A stretch of 64,000 nucleotides of DNA from an uncultured bacterium. GTDB taxonomy: Bacteria > Zixibacteria > MSB-5A5 > CAIYYT01. Shown here piece after piece: positions 23,559-33,818 of this stretch. The notes under the pieces were generated by a model. It ran no database searches. It had not been told where the DNA came from and saw only the letters and a program-made list of their open reading frames with translations. The stretch is taken from assembly GCA_963726455.1 (NCBI GenBank), contig CAVSCK010000002.1, forward strand, positions 1-64,000, read 5' to 3'. The stretch's first letter is position 1, and every line of letters begins with the position of its first letter. A program made the translations under genes and the position numbers.

Positions 23559-24465
23559 CTTTGTATCCTGCAAATGATTTGTATTCGAACAGGCGGGCGT
23601 CGGAGTTCTCCAGGTCGATCCCGACTTTCTCGTGCAAGCTCTTCAGAATCTGCTCGACCGAGAAACTGGGTGTCGATGCGCCGGCAGTGATACCGACCCT
23701 GTGGCACTGGTCAAACCAGGACCAGTCGATATCCTCAGGCGTATCGATCAAAAACGCTTTGCCGCAATGTTCGCGAGCGATGTCGCGCAAACGATGCGAG
23801 TTGCCGGAACTCTGCGAACCGATCACCAACACGATATCCATATTTGGCGCCAACTCATGGATGGCACGCTGGCGTTTGTCGGTGGCGTCGCAAATCGTGT
23901 TCACGACTTTGATATCGGGATAAAGTTCTCTCATCCGCGCACTGACTCGATCGAATGCCTGTACGCCACGAGTCGTTTGGGTGATCAAGGCGACTTTGCC
24001 CTCGAATCTCGGGAGCTTGTCGATATCTTCATACTCTGCTAGCAGATGAATGTTCGCGTCATCAATTCCCATCACGCCGAGAACTTCATCGTGCTCTGGC
24101 TCACCATACAAGACAACCTTGTAGCCCTCGCTTATCAACTGACGAGTGAAGATGTGAACATTCTCCACGAGCGGACAGGTGGTATCTACGATCTTAAGTC
24201 CTTTGCCCAAGGCCTGTGTTTTCAACTTGGGGCTTAAGCCGTGCGCTGAAATTACCAGAGTGCCTTTGTCGATATTTTCGAGGGATTCGGCCTGGCCGAC
24301 GCCTTTCTTCTTGAAGAAGTCGACGACCTGCCGATTGTGCACGATCTCTTTAAGGATCGTGACTTCGCCGGGGTGATCGTTCTTGGCCTTGGCGGCAAGT
24401 TTGATTGCCCGCTCTACGCCCCAACAGAATCCAAGCTCTCTGGCAAAGAATATTTGTATCATCAT
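23539..24465 (-). CDS. ispH: 4-hydroxy-3-methylbut-2-enyl diphosphate reductase
   Basis: GFCWGV, IVHN, SAHG, DTTCPLV, NTICDAT, SSGNS, TAGASTP. Confidence 0.96.
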   Translation of the reverse strand: MMIQIFFARELGFCWGVERAIKLAAKAKNDHPGEVTILKEIVHNRQVVDFFKKKGVGQAESLENIDKGTLVISAHGLSPKLKTQALGKGLKIVDTTCPLVENVHIFTRQLISEGYKVVLYGEPEHDEVLGVMGIDDANIHLLAEYEDIDKLPRFEGKVALITQTTRGVQAFDRVSARMRELYPDIKVVNTICDATDKRQRAIHELAPNMDIVLVIGSQSSGNSHRLRDIAREHCGKAFLIDTPEDIDWSWFDQCHRVGITAGASTPSFSVEQILKSLHEKVGIDLENSDARLFEYKSFAGYKDVQPAS

Positions 24466-24469
24466 TTCT

Positions 24470-25336
24470 TCAAATCAATTCGGCGCTCTGCAGCGAGGCC
24501 TTGTACGAACTGCGCACCAGCGGTCCGGAAACAGTGTGCTTGAAGCCCATCTCAGCGCCCCATTGGCGGAACACCGCGAATTCATCGGGATGATAGTACT
24601 TGAGAACGGGCAGATGCATCGGCGATGGCTGCAAGTACTGACCGATCGTGAGGATATCAACACCGCTATCGCGGATGTCCTGCATAGTCTCTTTGATCTC
24701 ATTCTCCTCTTCGCCGATCCCGACGAAAATCCCGGACTTCACGAGTTTCACTTTGCGAGAACCGGCGGCATATCGAAGCAGCGAAAGACTTCTGCGGTAA
24801 CCGGCTTTCGGCCTCACGGTATTATACAGTCGGGACACGGTCTCGATGTTATGATTAAATACGTCAGGCGCGGCTTCCAGCACGAGGTCGATCGAATCCT
24901 TGACGCCCTGGAAATCAGGCACCAGCAACTCGATCTGAATTTTGGGGTCGTACTCGCGCAGTTTCCTGACTGTTTCAGCGAAAATGCCAGCGCCGCCGTC
25001 CTCGAGATCATCGCGAGTGACCGACGTAATCACGACATGTTTGAGGCCGAGACGGGCGACGGCCTTTGCCAGCCGCTCCGGCTCTTCAAGATCATAGGTG
25101 TTCGGCTTGCCCTTCAGAATGTCGCAGAAACCACAGCCACGGGTGCAGACATTGCCGAGTATAAGGAAGGTCGCGGTACCGGCATCAAAACACTCCCCCA
25201 TATTCGGACAGTTGGCTTCCTGGCAGACGGAATGTAAGCCGTTCTCCGCCAACAGGGAGCGGACGCGACGGTAACTGGCACCGAAATTCGCATTAATTTT
25301 CAGCCAGTTGGGCTTGGGGAGACGTTCTGCAGCCAT
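24470..25336 (-). CDS. lipA: lipoyl synthase
   Basis: CQEANCPNMGEC, CTRGCGFC, GQYLQP, RSSY. Confidence 0.97.
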   Translation of the reverse strand: MAAERLPKPNWLKINANFGASYRRVRSLLAENGLHSVCQEANCPNMGECFDAGTATFLILGNVCTRGCGFCDILKGKPNTYDLEEPERLAKAVARLGLKHVVITSVTRDDLEDGGAGIFAETVRKLREYDPKIQIELLVPDFQGVKDSIDLVLEAAPDVFNHNIETVSRLYNTVRPKAGYRRSLSLLRYAAGSRKVKLVKSGIFVGIGEEENEIKETMQDIRDSGVDILTIGQYLQPSPMHLPVLKYYHPDEFAVFRQWGAEMGFKHTVSGPLVRSSYKASLQSAELI

Positions 25337-25529
25337 ATTCTAACCTTATACGATATGCATTGCGAGCCGGTTGATCAAGAAAATACTGGCGTTGAAGCAG
25401 TTAAAAAGCCGTTCCAGACTCCGATAACTTCAATGTTGGCAGAATTCATGAACAATGATAAGGATGACAGCACCAAGCGTTTGCCGAAGATTTTTGTCCG
25501 AAAACCGTTCCAGCCAGGGGATTTAGAAT

Positions 25530-25964
25530 ATGACAGTCACCGCTAACAAACCGATCGTTAAGAACCGCCGCCAGTTCGTGCGCATACCGGCACACTGCCG
25601 GCTTACCGCACAGAAGATTCTATTCGCCGCCAAGGCCAACACTGAGACGTTGGGCGAAGCACGCAACATCGGCGCCGGCGGCTTGATGTTCGTCGCCAAG
25701 TGCGATTACCACAAAGACGAAATGTTCAAAATGACGATCACGATCCCACGCTGGAAAAGACATCATCCTCAATTCCTGCGCATTTACGAAAACGATATGG
25801 ACTCCGAGTTGACCGCAGTTTGCCAGGTCACTCGCAGCCAGCAGTTGCCTGACGGATCGTTCGAAATCGGCGCGAAATTCGTCAACATCTACGAAGATGA
25901 CCGCATCGGATTGCAGCGGTTCATCGAGTACGAGGCGGACCGGCTCGGCGTGACGCCGGAATAG
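25530..25964 (+). CDS. PilZ-domain protein
   Basis: RRQFVR and NIGAGG c-di-GMP-binding motifs. Confidence 0.82.
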   Translation: MTVTANKPIVKNRRQFVRIPAHCRLTAQKILFAAKANTETLGEARNIGAGGLMFVAKCDYHKDEMFKMTITIPRWKRHHPQFLRIYENDMDSELTAVCQVTRSQQLPDGSFEIGAKFVNIYEDDRIGLQRFIEYEADRLGVTPE

Positions 25965-26155
25965 CGGCAGCCTCTCACCGTCTGACCATCTCTTTTCGAC
26001 ACCTGCCGGCAACAGAGTCGTAGCAGCTAAGTCCAATACTCCGGCATAACTCTGCCTTTTTCTTGCATTCCGCTTACTTGCCGTCTAACTTGAGACAGGC
26101 CGCTTTGTCGCAATGGTGCGTTGAGCGAAATCCCCGTCTGAGATGGAGAATAACT

Positions 26156-26644
26156 TTGCTGTTTGACCCCGAAGTTCCCCAAAGCCAGATCGACGATCAT
26201 TTCATGACGCTGGCCCTGAAAGAAGCCGAAATTGCCGAAGCGCGCGAGGAAGTCCCGATCGGCGCGGTGGTTGTGCTCGACAACAAAGTCATCGGGCGCG
26301 GCAACAACTCCAACAAAACCCTGCAAGACCCCACCGCGCATGCCGAAATGATTGCCATTACCGCCGCCTGCAGCCGGGTGGAAAGCCGCTATCTGGAGAA
26401 GGCCACGCTTTATGTCACGATCGAACCCTGTGCGATGTGCTCCGGAGCGATTGTGCTGGCACGGGTCGGCAGATTGGTATTCGGCGCCAAGGATCCCAAG
26501 GCGGGCGCCTGTGGATCAATTTTTAACATCGTGCAGGATCCGCGTCTTAATCATCAGGTGGAAGTAATACCGGGAGTGCGCGAATTTGAATGTGCATCAT
26601 TAATTCAGCAATTCTTCGAGTCGGTCAGAGCGAAACAAAAATGA
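26156..26644 (+). CDS. tadA: tRNA adenosine(34) deaminase
   Basis: EVPIGA, HAE, EPCAMC, DPKAGA; TTG start behind GGAG. Confidence 0.93.
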   Translation: MLFDPEVPQSQIDDHFMTLALKEAEIAEAREEVPIGAVVVLDNKVIGRGNNSNKTLQDPTAHAEMIAITAACSRVESRYLEKATLYVTIEPCAMCSGAIVLARVGRLVFGAKDPKAGACGSIFNIVQDPRLNHQVEVIPGVREFECASLIQQFFESVRAKQK

Positions 26645-27147
26645 ATTACGTCGATTCCGTTGCCGTTCGGGGCGCAGTGATCCGTTCCGGATTGCATCTG
26701 TGTGTAGGCGTGCCGGTAGGAATGCTGGCGATCACTCTCATTTTGCACAAGAGTTTCAGTTTTCTGTCGCAGCCACTGATTGCGTATAGCAGCGTGCGGC
26801 TGGTCTCCTATGCATTCATTGCGGTGGCGCTGGTGGATGCTGCCGCGGCGTTTATGCTGAAGCGGCGGCTGATCAATCCCACCGCTTTGATGACGCGCTA
26901 CACATTCCGCACCGATACGTTCGCCAGTCAGCTATCGGCTGCCTACACGCCGGTTTTCGCCCTTTGTGCAATGCCGGCAGTCTATGGGCTGGTCAGCTAC
27001 TTTCTGTGCAGTGACCTCGATACCTACGTGTTGATTTCGGTGATCTGTCCGGCGTCATTCTTGTTCATAAAGCCGAAAGAGGAAGAGATCGAGCGACTGT
27101 CGGCAGAGATATTCAGGCCGACAGCGGACAGCGATATACATCTATAG
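26641..27147 (+). CDS. 4-TM hypothetical membrane protein
   Basis: ATG overlaps the tadA stop; four hydrophobic segments; ends KPKEEEIE. Confidence 0.7.
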   Translation: MNYVDSVAVRGAVIRSGLHLCVGVPVGMLAITLILHKSFSFLSQPLIAYSSVRLVSYAFIAVALVDAAAAFMLKRRLINPTALMTRYTFRTDTFASQLSAAYTPVFALCAMPAVYGLVSYFLCSDLDTYVLISVICPASFLFIKPKEEEIERLSAEIFRPTADSDIHL

Positions 27148-27159
27148 GGAGGTGGTATT

Positions 27160-27663
27160 ATGGAATACAGCGCAGCAAATCCTTCAGAATTGGCAAGCAA
27201 GATAAAGACCCGGATGCTGCTTATCGGTGTCGCGGGGCCGCTGGCGATCTTGTTGACCGTGTGGATATTGAGTGTGACCTTGAAGCCATTTCCTAAACAG
27301 CCGAGTTCACTGATATATTATGTCTTGGCACTCGTCTCACTCGCCGAGACGGTATTCACCATTATCTTCATGAAACCCTATATGACCGGAACGAAGCAGA
27401 TTTTGCAACTTTCGAAGAATCCGAACGCGTCGGTTGCGGCAATTGTTGAAACCGCATATCGGATTACCTCTTTCTTTGTGGTGTCACCCTCGGTAATAGG
27501 ATTTGCCATGTATTTTCTTGGTTCGGGATTAATATATCCTTGCCTCCTGACTCTACTGTCACTGTTGGCTTATGTCATTCTGCGCCCTAAAGAACAGGAA
27601 ATCGAGAATCTCTTGAGAGAGGTAGAACGGGCACAGCAAGCCACGGCACAGGGCTGCGCATAG
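27160..27663 (+). CDS. 4-TM hypothetical membrane protein, distant paralogue of the previous gene
   Basis: GGAGGT RBS; same topology; RPKEQEIE. Confidence 0.72.
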   Translation: MEYSAANPSELASKIKTRMLLIGVAGPLAILLTVWILSVTLKPFPKQPSSLIYYVLALVSLAETVFTIIFMKPYMTGTKQILQLSKNPNASVAAIVETAYRITSFFVVSPSVIGFAMYFLGSGLIYPCLLTLLSLLAYVILRPKEQEIENLLREVERAQQATAQGCA

Positions 27664-27774
27664 CTCTCCGGCGAGTTTGATACCGAAATTCCCCTTGGCA
27701 AGAGGCCTCCCGAAATGTATATAAGACCGACCCATTGGGTCCCAAGTGGTCCCGATGACAATATAGATCTTGCC

Positions 27775-27861
27775 GGAGAGGTGGCTGAGTGGTCGAAAGC
27801 GGCGGTCTCGAAAACCGTTAACCCCGTAAGGGGTTCCAGGGTTCGAATCCCTGCCTCTCCG
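27775..27861 (+). tRNA. tRNA-Ser(CGA)
   Basis: GGAGAGGTGGCTGAGTGGTCGAAAGC...CT-CGA-AA, long variable arm, GTTCGAATCC. Confidence 0.95.
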
Positions 27862-28014
27862 CTTAGTATTTTTCCAACAACTCAATGAATAGATAATCAA
27901 CTAGTTATTGATTCTTTCTCTCTCCGCTGAGCCAGATCTCTTAGCAAAGATGTTGTGAGGTGCTCGACGACACGCACCGGGCTGATGGTCAAACTCTCAG
28001 ACTTAGCCATATAA

Positions 28015-28671
28015 TTAGTAGACATCCGTTTCACGGGCATAAGCTTGCGCTTCTTCTTTGGTGTCGAACACCATCACCACCAGATCATCGAATGCCGCGC
28101 AAGTGCCGTCCGGATCGTCCCCAACCATGCTCGCCTGGCTGAGAAACAGTCTGATGCCGGTGGCTCGTGAATTGATGGCGAAGACTCCAAATAGCTTCTG
28201 CCACTCTCCAGACTCAGTGTCATGGAGCATATCCTGACTCTGCATTTGTTGCGCTATGCGCAGGGTATCGCCGGCGAACTGGTAACCATACACATAGGGG
28301 TGTCTGGTGGTCGAATTCTCGCGTACATATGCCACCCAACTTCGACAGGACAAAAACAGGTATTTTCCTGGGGCATCGCGAGGTAGCTCAATATCTTGAT
28401 AAATGCAAGCCCTCGCTTCCGGGAGATCCTGTGTGTAAAAGACATGATTGCCCGTAAGACCCGCAGAGACTCCACTACCGCCGCAAAACGTCCAATCCGA
28501 GTTGCCTTCTTCGGCGCAGGGATTGCGCAGGAGATTGGAACTTGCCAGGTCACCGGCTTGTAAACCATTGCCTTGAGCTCCGTTGACGGGATTGTACCTA
28601 CTGTCGCAACCCTCGTTCAAGCATAACGCACACAGCGTCAACAGGGCCAACATTAAATCCTTTGTAATCAT
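28015..28671 (-). CDS. lipoprotein with a galactose-binding-fold domain resembling the F-box-associated (FBA) lectin domain
   Basis: Lipobox-like NEGC; NLLRNPCAEEG motif; IYQDIEL, WQKL.G.F, FDDLVV. Confidence 0.65.
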   Translation of the reverse strand: MITKDLMLALLTLCALCLNEGCDSRYNPVNGAQGNGLQAGDLASSNLLRNPCAEEGNSDWTFCGGSGVSAGLTGNHVFYTQDLPEARACIYQDIELPRDAPGKYLFLSCRSWVAYVRENSTTRHPYVYGYQFAGDTLRIAQQMQSQDMLHDTESGEWQKLFGVFAINSRATGIRLFLSQASMVGDDPDGTCAAFDDLVVMVFDTKEEAQAYARETDVY

Positions 28672-28725
28672 AGTCTTGATTCCTTTTCCCAAGCGTTCAG
28701 TTTGGCCTTACTTTCTTTCTACCTG

Positions 28726-28754
28726 ATTGTCATCAGGGTGGCAGAAATGTGACA
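28726..28754 (-). promoter_or_regulatory. putative ECF promoter TGTCAC-N18-ACAAT
   Basis: Minus strand TGTCAC atttctgccaccctgatg ACAAT. Confidence 0.7.
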
Positions 28755-28833
28755 CCAAGCAGGGATATGCTCGGAAGTGGTTTTGCCTTGTCTCTTGGAT
28801 TGATTTTGGTAGTTTCGGGGTGACTGCAAAGGG

Positions 28834-29421
28834 ATGACGATGATCAGAGAAGACGAAAAAAAATTGGTTGATGCTTTCCTGTTGGGCGATAGAGCGGCCT
28901 ACAAGACAATAAATGCCTGGATATCAGATGTCTTGCGTCTAAGAAGCTGGAATGCAGTCATCCGTTCGTCGGCTGACGACATCTGCCAGGATGTTGTCAT
29001 TGCCCTGATGGACAATTTCCGGAACGATAAATACCGCGGCGAAGGCCTGAAGACCTACGTGTCAACGGTGACGAAGTACAAGTGCCTCAACGTGTATGAT
29101 CGACGAATCCAGACTGATCCTGTCGACGACAACATCGGCTCTAATGAACCCAATCCCGAGCAAGAACTTGTCAATTCCGAGAGATACTCCATAATTAGGG
29201 AGGTTTTGGAGAAGCTTGAATATCGCTGTAGACGCGTACTTGCTCTTCGCTACTATCGTGATCTCGGACATGAAGACATCGCTAAGCGGTTGAAGATCAA
29301 TGTCGCTACTGCCAGACAATGGCTTAAGCGGTGTCTGGACAAGGCACGGGAATATCGGGAAGAACTCGAAAATTCGTCACAGAATCGCCACTCCGGTGAC
29401 TGTTCTCTTGAGGAAGACTAA
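28834..29421 (+). CDS. ECF RNA polymerase sigma factor (CHAT-associated)
   Basis: DDICQDV, LKTYVS, LEYRCRRVLALRYY..EDIAKRL....ATARQWLKRCL. Confidence 0.9.
   Translation: MTMIREDEKKLVDAFLLGDRAAYKTINAWISDVLRLRSWNAVIRSSADDICQDVVIALMDNFRNDKYRGEGLKTYVSTVTKYKCLNVYDRRIQTDPVDDNIGSNEPNPEQELVNSERYSIIREVLEKLEYRCRRVLALRYYRDLGHEDIAKRLKINVATARQWLKRCLDKAREYREELENSSQNRHSGDCSLEED
29375..29403 (+). promoter_or_regulatory. variant ECF promoter inside the sigma gene 3' end, upstream of the anti-sigma
   Basis: CGTCAC-N18-ACTGT. Confidence 0.5.
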
Positions 29422-29442
29422 CTGTGGGACACGGGCGTTAAT

Positions 29443-30300
29443 ATGAGTTGTGAGAATCCAGAGTTCAGGGCAAAGATCTTCGATCTGTTCGAGGGTTCAG
29501 TCCAGGCAGAAGAGCGGAAGGCCGTGGAATCGCACTTGGAGACTTGCGCCGATTGCAGACAGTTGCTCGGTGAGTACAGGGCAATGTCTGCGGGACTAAA
29601 GTCAGCGTTCACCAGGTTGTCTCGAAGTCATCTTTCTGCCGAAGATGTCGTAGCATTCGCGGATTCTCCGGAAAGTTTGGATAAGTCAAAGCATGATGCA
29701 ATCGAACACCATCTGGACATTTGTGATACTTGTGCCGAAAAGGTCGAAATGCTGACCGCTGTGAATCGGGAAATGGTACAGGGCCGCGATAGATTATCTG
29801 TCCTTCAGCAGATTCTGGACGGACTTAAATCGCTTCCGGATTTCATCGCTGCTCTAACTAAGAAGCCGATCGTCATAACGGTGGCGACTCTGCTCTTGAT
29901 CACGCCGGTGGCATTGTTCGTCGGTCGTTCTTTGCTCACAGTGCACCCGACGATCGAGTTCTTTGAACAGGGCGATGCGAGCTTCCTCAAGAGCCAGATG
30001 CGGACCGAAGGAGAACTGCCTGTCATAAAGGATGTTGGCGGATATGCTAGTATCGGATTGTATTTTGAGCCACACTTTAACGACGAGACTTACCAGCTGC
30101 AGCTTCGTGACGATAAGGGGAAAGTGATGACCGAAACCAAGCTTGACGAGCGGTCCTACGTCGTCGGCCAGGGATTCAAATTCAGACTCGGTACGAAAGA
30201 TTTATCCCCCGGCAGATATCGACTGAACATTCAGATAAGCAGGACCAGCCGGCCGGAGGAGACGAGCGCTGAGGTATACGTGTTTGTCCTGAGCCGTTGA
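29443..30300 (+). CDS. anti-sigma factor with two zf-HC2 motifs, TM and periplasmic domain
   Basis: HLETCADC and HLDICDTC; TM IVITVATLLLITPVALFVG; Ig-like tail LSPGRYRLNI. Confidence 0.85.
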   Translation: MSCENPEFRAKIFDLFEGSVQAEERKAVESHLETCADCRQLLGEYRAMSAGLKSAFTRLSRSHLSAEDVVAFADSPESLDKSKHDAIEHHLDICDTCAEKVEMLTAVNREMVQGRDRLSVLQQILDGLKSLPDFIAALTKKPIVITVATLLLITPVALFVGRSLLTVHPTIEFFEQGDASFLKSQMRTEGELPVIKDVGGYASIGLYFEPHFNDETYQLQLRDDKGKVMTETKLDERSYVVGQGFKFRLGTKDLSPGRYRLNIQISRTSRPEETSAEVYVFVLSR

Positions 30301-30319
30301 CACGAGTTTTCCGGCGGTC

Positions 30320-33300
30320 TCAGAGCGCTCCAATACTTATGAAAGCGGCCCACTTTTCGGGACTATCTGAGTATCCGCTAAGGCGGAGATTCGAGAGAGC
30401 GGCAAGCTGATAGTCTCTGATGGCTTGCCATAACGGTCTATCGAGATTCGAATATATTTCTGACATCACTTTTGCCGTAGTCCTGTCTGATATCGGCCAG
30501 AGGGAGCTGATTACCGTGTGGGCACCCGCTAACTGAAAGGCCCGCCGTAATCCGTAAACACCTTCGCCCGATTGAACTGCGCCGAGACCGGATTCACAGG
30601 CGGAGAGCACCACAGTCTGGCATCCTCTAAGATCAAGCGATGTAACTTCCTCCGCGGTCAGTATCCCGTCCTGTGTCGAGGAGACCTTTCCGGCCTCAAG
30701 CGAAACATTAGCCCCCGCCAGTATGAGGCCACTCGATAGTAGCGGATTCTCCGTGACCAACTGTTCGAAAACGGGTGAAAGCCTGCCCGACCGTGAATCC
30801 GCCGAACGATAGAATCCATGTGTCGCTAGATGAACTACTCTCTTGCCGCGGGCGAACCGGGACAAGTTTTCCTCGCTGGCTGCGGTCCCCAACAGAATAT
30901 CGCATTCCTCGCTACGGTTCTTTTGCCAGAGTCGTTTCAGTTCCATGACTTCAGCCCGTGTGCCGGGAAGTCGTTCGTATTTGGCCGCGTTCTGTCCGGC
31001 TGTATTGATCGAAGGCGATCTCATCGGATCGTTGCCCATGCGCAGATCCCTCGGATCAGATGGTAGTACTTGACCTGTTACGCTCTCACTTGAGCTCGAC
31101 TGGGCTCCGATACTTGCATCGAAGTCCGGATCTCCGACCGCCAACAATCCCTTTCCCGGAGAGTCGGTCGATTGAATCCGGATGAGATCCCTGGCTGCCG
31201 TCAAATAGTGCACAGGCCGTTTCTCGATCAAATAGGATCCCGACTTGTCGACTAACCCTGCAAACGAGATGACGTTTAGTTGTGCGTCGGGACAAACAAT
31301 AAGCAGATTACTGTGGCTCAGCTCCTCGTTCGAGCCAGTCAGTAGAGCATCATATATCAGCCGACAGCTTGCTTTCAAATCGTTGGTGGCTTCAGGCGAA
31401 TTCTTTCGGCTCGCGGAGCACAGGTCGGCGATACGATTGCGATAGGTGACGACCAGCGAGTCAATGGATTCGCAGTCGCCGGTGATTGACACAGCGACAC
31501 CACCGCGTTTTGTTAACGTGACGGCTAGATACTTTGCCGTCTCTGATTGAAGTTGCGTGGAAACCTGATTGTATTTGAAGAATTCGATAAGAACTGCGGA
31601 ATCGGGAAGAAGTGAACTGACAGCTTGAGCGTCGACCGAGCGCGAAAGACTTTGTTGCCGGTATTTTGTGTTTATCCTCGCCAATTCCGCTTCCAATTGC
31701 AGTGATACATTCGAAAGCGAATCCACTTCCGTCAGTGAGATCTGGTCGTCCCGTCCGGAACCTGCGCCGTAGAGTTGGCAGAGGCGCTGTCTGGCAATAT
31801 TCCATTCCTTCACGAGCCGACCTGCCGTGCTGTCGCCCTCCGCGACTGGAAGACTTCGCCGCTGAAATATCTCATCTGAAACCAAGCCCTTCGTCTGGAA
31901 CACTATTGTGGCGACGCCGTTCTCCCAGCGACTGCGATTATTGAGGGTGAGTGTTTGGAAACATGACACGTACAGGTCAACTGATTGTCGTAGCAACTCG
32001 GAGTACAATAGGGCGTCGCGCTCGGCCAGGACGGAAACTACGTTGCGAAAGTTTGACAGTCTGATTGACGTCGCGTCTTTGGCGTACTCTATTGCTCTCG
32101 CGGATTGTCCGGCTGCCAGATAGTATCTGGCGTAGTCTTCCAATGCCGCTGCATATTGGGGATGTTGCTTGCCGTAATATCGAGTTGAGATCGCCAGAAT
32201 CGAATCGCAGAATCCCTTTGCATGTGCTAGATCTTTACTCGCCACACAAACTTGTGACATTAGCGCAAGGGCAGCGAGAAGATTGGGGTCGCTATCTGAT
32301 TGCGTGAATTTGCCCCAAATTTGCAGCGCTGACTCAAGTGCAGATTTGGCCTTCACCGACGAGCGTGACGACCAGTAGTATTCAGCTAGAACTGTATAGG
32401 CGAGTGCAACTTTGAATGCAGTCCGGGGGACACTCGTATCTGATGCCGCTTTCGTCAGTTCAATTGAGTGTTTCAGCAGTTCCTCGACGGTCGCGGTTGA
32501 ATCCATCAGCATTCTGACCACTGCGAGGTTGGTCAAAGATTGGGCAACATTGAGCTCTTGTCCAGCAGGAGCATTCTCACGAATCGTCACCGCGCGCTGC
32601 AACATCTTCTCCGCCTCGTCGAGCCGGTTAAGTTGCATATAGACGAGACCAAGAGAATTGCATACTTCGGCGACCTCAGGATGATCAGGTCCCCTCTCGG
32701 ATTCGCGGATGACCAGCGCCCTTCTCAACAATTGCTCCGCTTCGTCAAAGCGGGCCAGGTCACGACAGAAGATGCCCATAGCCAGCAGGGACGAAGCCAC
32801 CGATGGATCGTCCTTCCCATAAGCCTTCTCGCTTATTTCCAGCGCTTCTCGTGAAAGATGCAAAGCTTCATCGAACTGTCCGGCACTGCGATACGATTCT
32901 GCCAGATTAACAAGAGTGCTGATGTACTTGCGATTTCCTTTGCCAAGAAGCCGCTCTCTGATGACAAGTGCGGCCCGGTACTGCTCCTGTGCCTCTTCGT
33001 AATGCCCGGTGGTCAGGGCGATATTGCCCAAATTGTTGTGGATGTTGGCGACAAACTCGTGGTCAGCACCTTTCAATGCCTTCTCCCATATTGCCGCAGA
33101 AACGGTGTACAACGATTCAGCCCGGACTACGTCATTCCTGGCGAAATAGCAGACGCCGATGAAATTGATGACGCGGCCGGTTGCAGTGTCGGCAGGGCCT
33201 CTGATCGATAGCACTTCTCTCCAAGCCGAAGTAGCCAGAGTCAAAGCGGAATCGGTATTCCCCGCTTCCTTCTGTTTGATGGCCTTTTGGTAAGACTGTA

Positions 33301-33430
33301 GCCAGTTCGCGATTGGGGCTGCTGATTCCTGAGCCGCGCCATGAGAAGCCATAACTAGCAGCAAAGCCAGACACATGGCTGCCACACTGCGATGGAACAG
33401 GTTTCTGCGATCGACGGTCAGCATTGACAC
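30320..33430 (-). CDS. secreted TPR-repeat + CHAT (caspase-like) protease
   Basis: Signal peptide ...MASHGAAQ; 42-aa TPR repeats (GKDDPSVA, GPDHPEVA); CHAT motifs CPDAQL, LPGTRAE, HLATHG (His), LSACESG (Cys), SLWPISD, WAAF; start uncertain. Confidence 0.93.
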   Translation of the reverse strand: MSMLTVDRRNLFHRSVAAMCLALLLVMASHGAAQESAAPIANWLQSYQKAIKQKEAGNTDSALTLATSAWREVLSIRGPADTATGRVINFIGVCYFARNDVVRAESLYTVSAAIWEKALKGADHEFVANIHNNLGNIALTTGHYEEAQEQYRAALVIRERLLGKGNRKYISTLVNLAESYRSAGQFDEALHLSREALEISEKAYGKDDPSVASSLLAMGIFCRDLARFDEAEQLLRRALVIRESERGPDHPEVAEVCNSLGLVYMQLNRLDEAEKMLQRAVTIRENAPAGQELNVAQSLTNLAVVRMLMDSTATVEELLKHSIELTKAASDTSVPRTAFKVALAYTVLAEYYWSSRSSVKAKSALESALQIWGKFTQSDSDPNLLAALALMSQVCVASKDLAHAKGFCDSILAISTRYYGKQHPQYAAALEDYARYYLAAGQSARAIEYAKDATSIRLSNFRNVVSVLAERDALLYSELLRQSVDLYVSCFQTLTLNNRSRWENGVATIVFQTKGLVSDEIFQRRSLPVAEGDSTAGRLVKEWNIARQRLCQLYGAGSGRDDQISLTEVDSLSNVSLQLEAELARINTKYRQQSLSRSVDAQAVSSLLPDSAVLIEFFKYNQVSTQLQSETAKYLAVTLTKRGGVAVSITGDCESIDSLVVTYRNRIADLCSASRKNSPEATNDLKASCRLIYDALLTGSNEELSHSNLLIVCPDAQLNVISFAGLVDKSGSYLIEKRPVHYLTAARDLIRIQSTDSPGKGLLAVGDPDFDASIGAQSSSSESVTGQVLPSDPRDLRMGNDPMRSPSINTAGQNAAKYERLPGTRAEVMELKRLWQKNRSEECDILLGTAASEENLSRFARGKRVVHLATHGFYRSADSRSGRLSPVFEQLVTENPLLSSGLILAGANVSLEAGKVSSTQDGILTAEEVTSLDLRGCQTVVLSACESGLGAVQSGEGVYGLRRAFQLAGAHTVISSLWPISDRTTAKVMSEIYSNLDRPLWQAIRDYQLAALSNLRLSGYSDSPEKWAAFISIGAL

Positions 33431-33659
33431 GCTTCCTTCAAAGACTTTCGCCAGTCATGTAGTCTCAAAACCATTGTAACGTAGCTGAACGAAGTTGACT
33501 TTCGCCTCGGGGCAATATATATTCGCATTCAGAAATCAGCAAGATTAGCCGGCGTGGGCAAAGCTGGGCTGCGTTTGTCAGGCAGGCATACTCGGCGCCG
33601 GGTTGTACTCACATTCGTTTGCATTACAGTGCACCAATGTGATCTCGGAAAGTTATTTG

Positions 33660-33688
33660 TGTCACAATGTGGAAGGTGGCTACACAAT
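33660..33688 (+). promoter_or_regulatory. putative ECF promoter TGTCAC-N18-ACAAT
   Basis: TGTCAC aatgtggaaggtggctac ACAAT. Confidence 0.7.
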
Positions 33689-33818
33689 ACGGCATAACGG
33701 CTACCGGTTTGCCTGTATATGAGGAATATCCATGAGCGTGCCGAAAGGCGGAACATCAATGGATATCGTTTGCCACCAATGAAAAATCGCCGACAACAAT
33801 CGGGCGAAAGGAGTTTCT

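Noticed and set aside
30320-33430. Craspase/CRISPR type III-E or other anti-phage CHAT system
   Set aside because: No cas, gasdermin or similar effector is present; the protein appears exported and is linked to a TM anti-sigma.
33452-33481. ECF motif upstream of the CHAT gene (CGTTAC...ACTGG, minus strand)
   Set aside because: The spacing is two bases longer and both boxes mismatch, so it was not counted.
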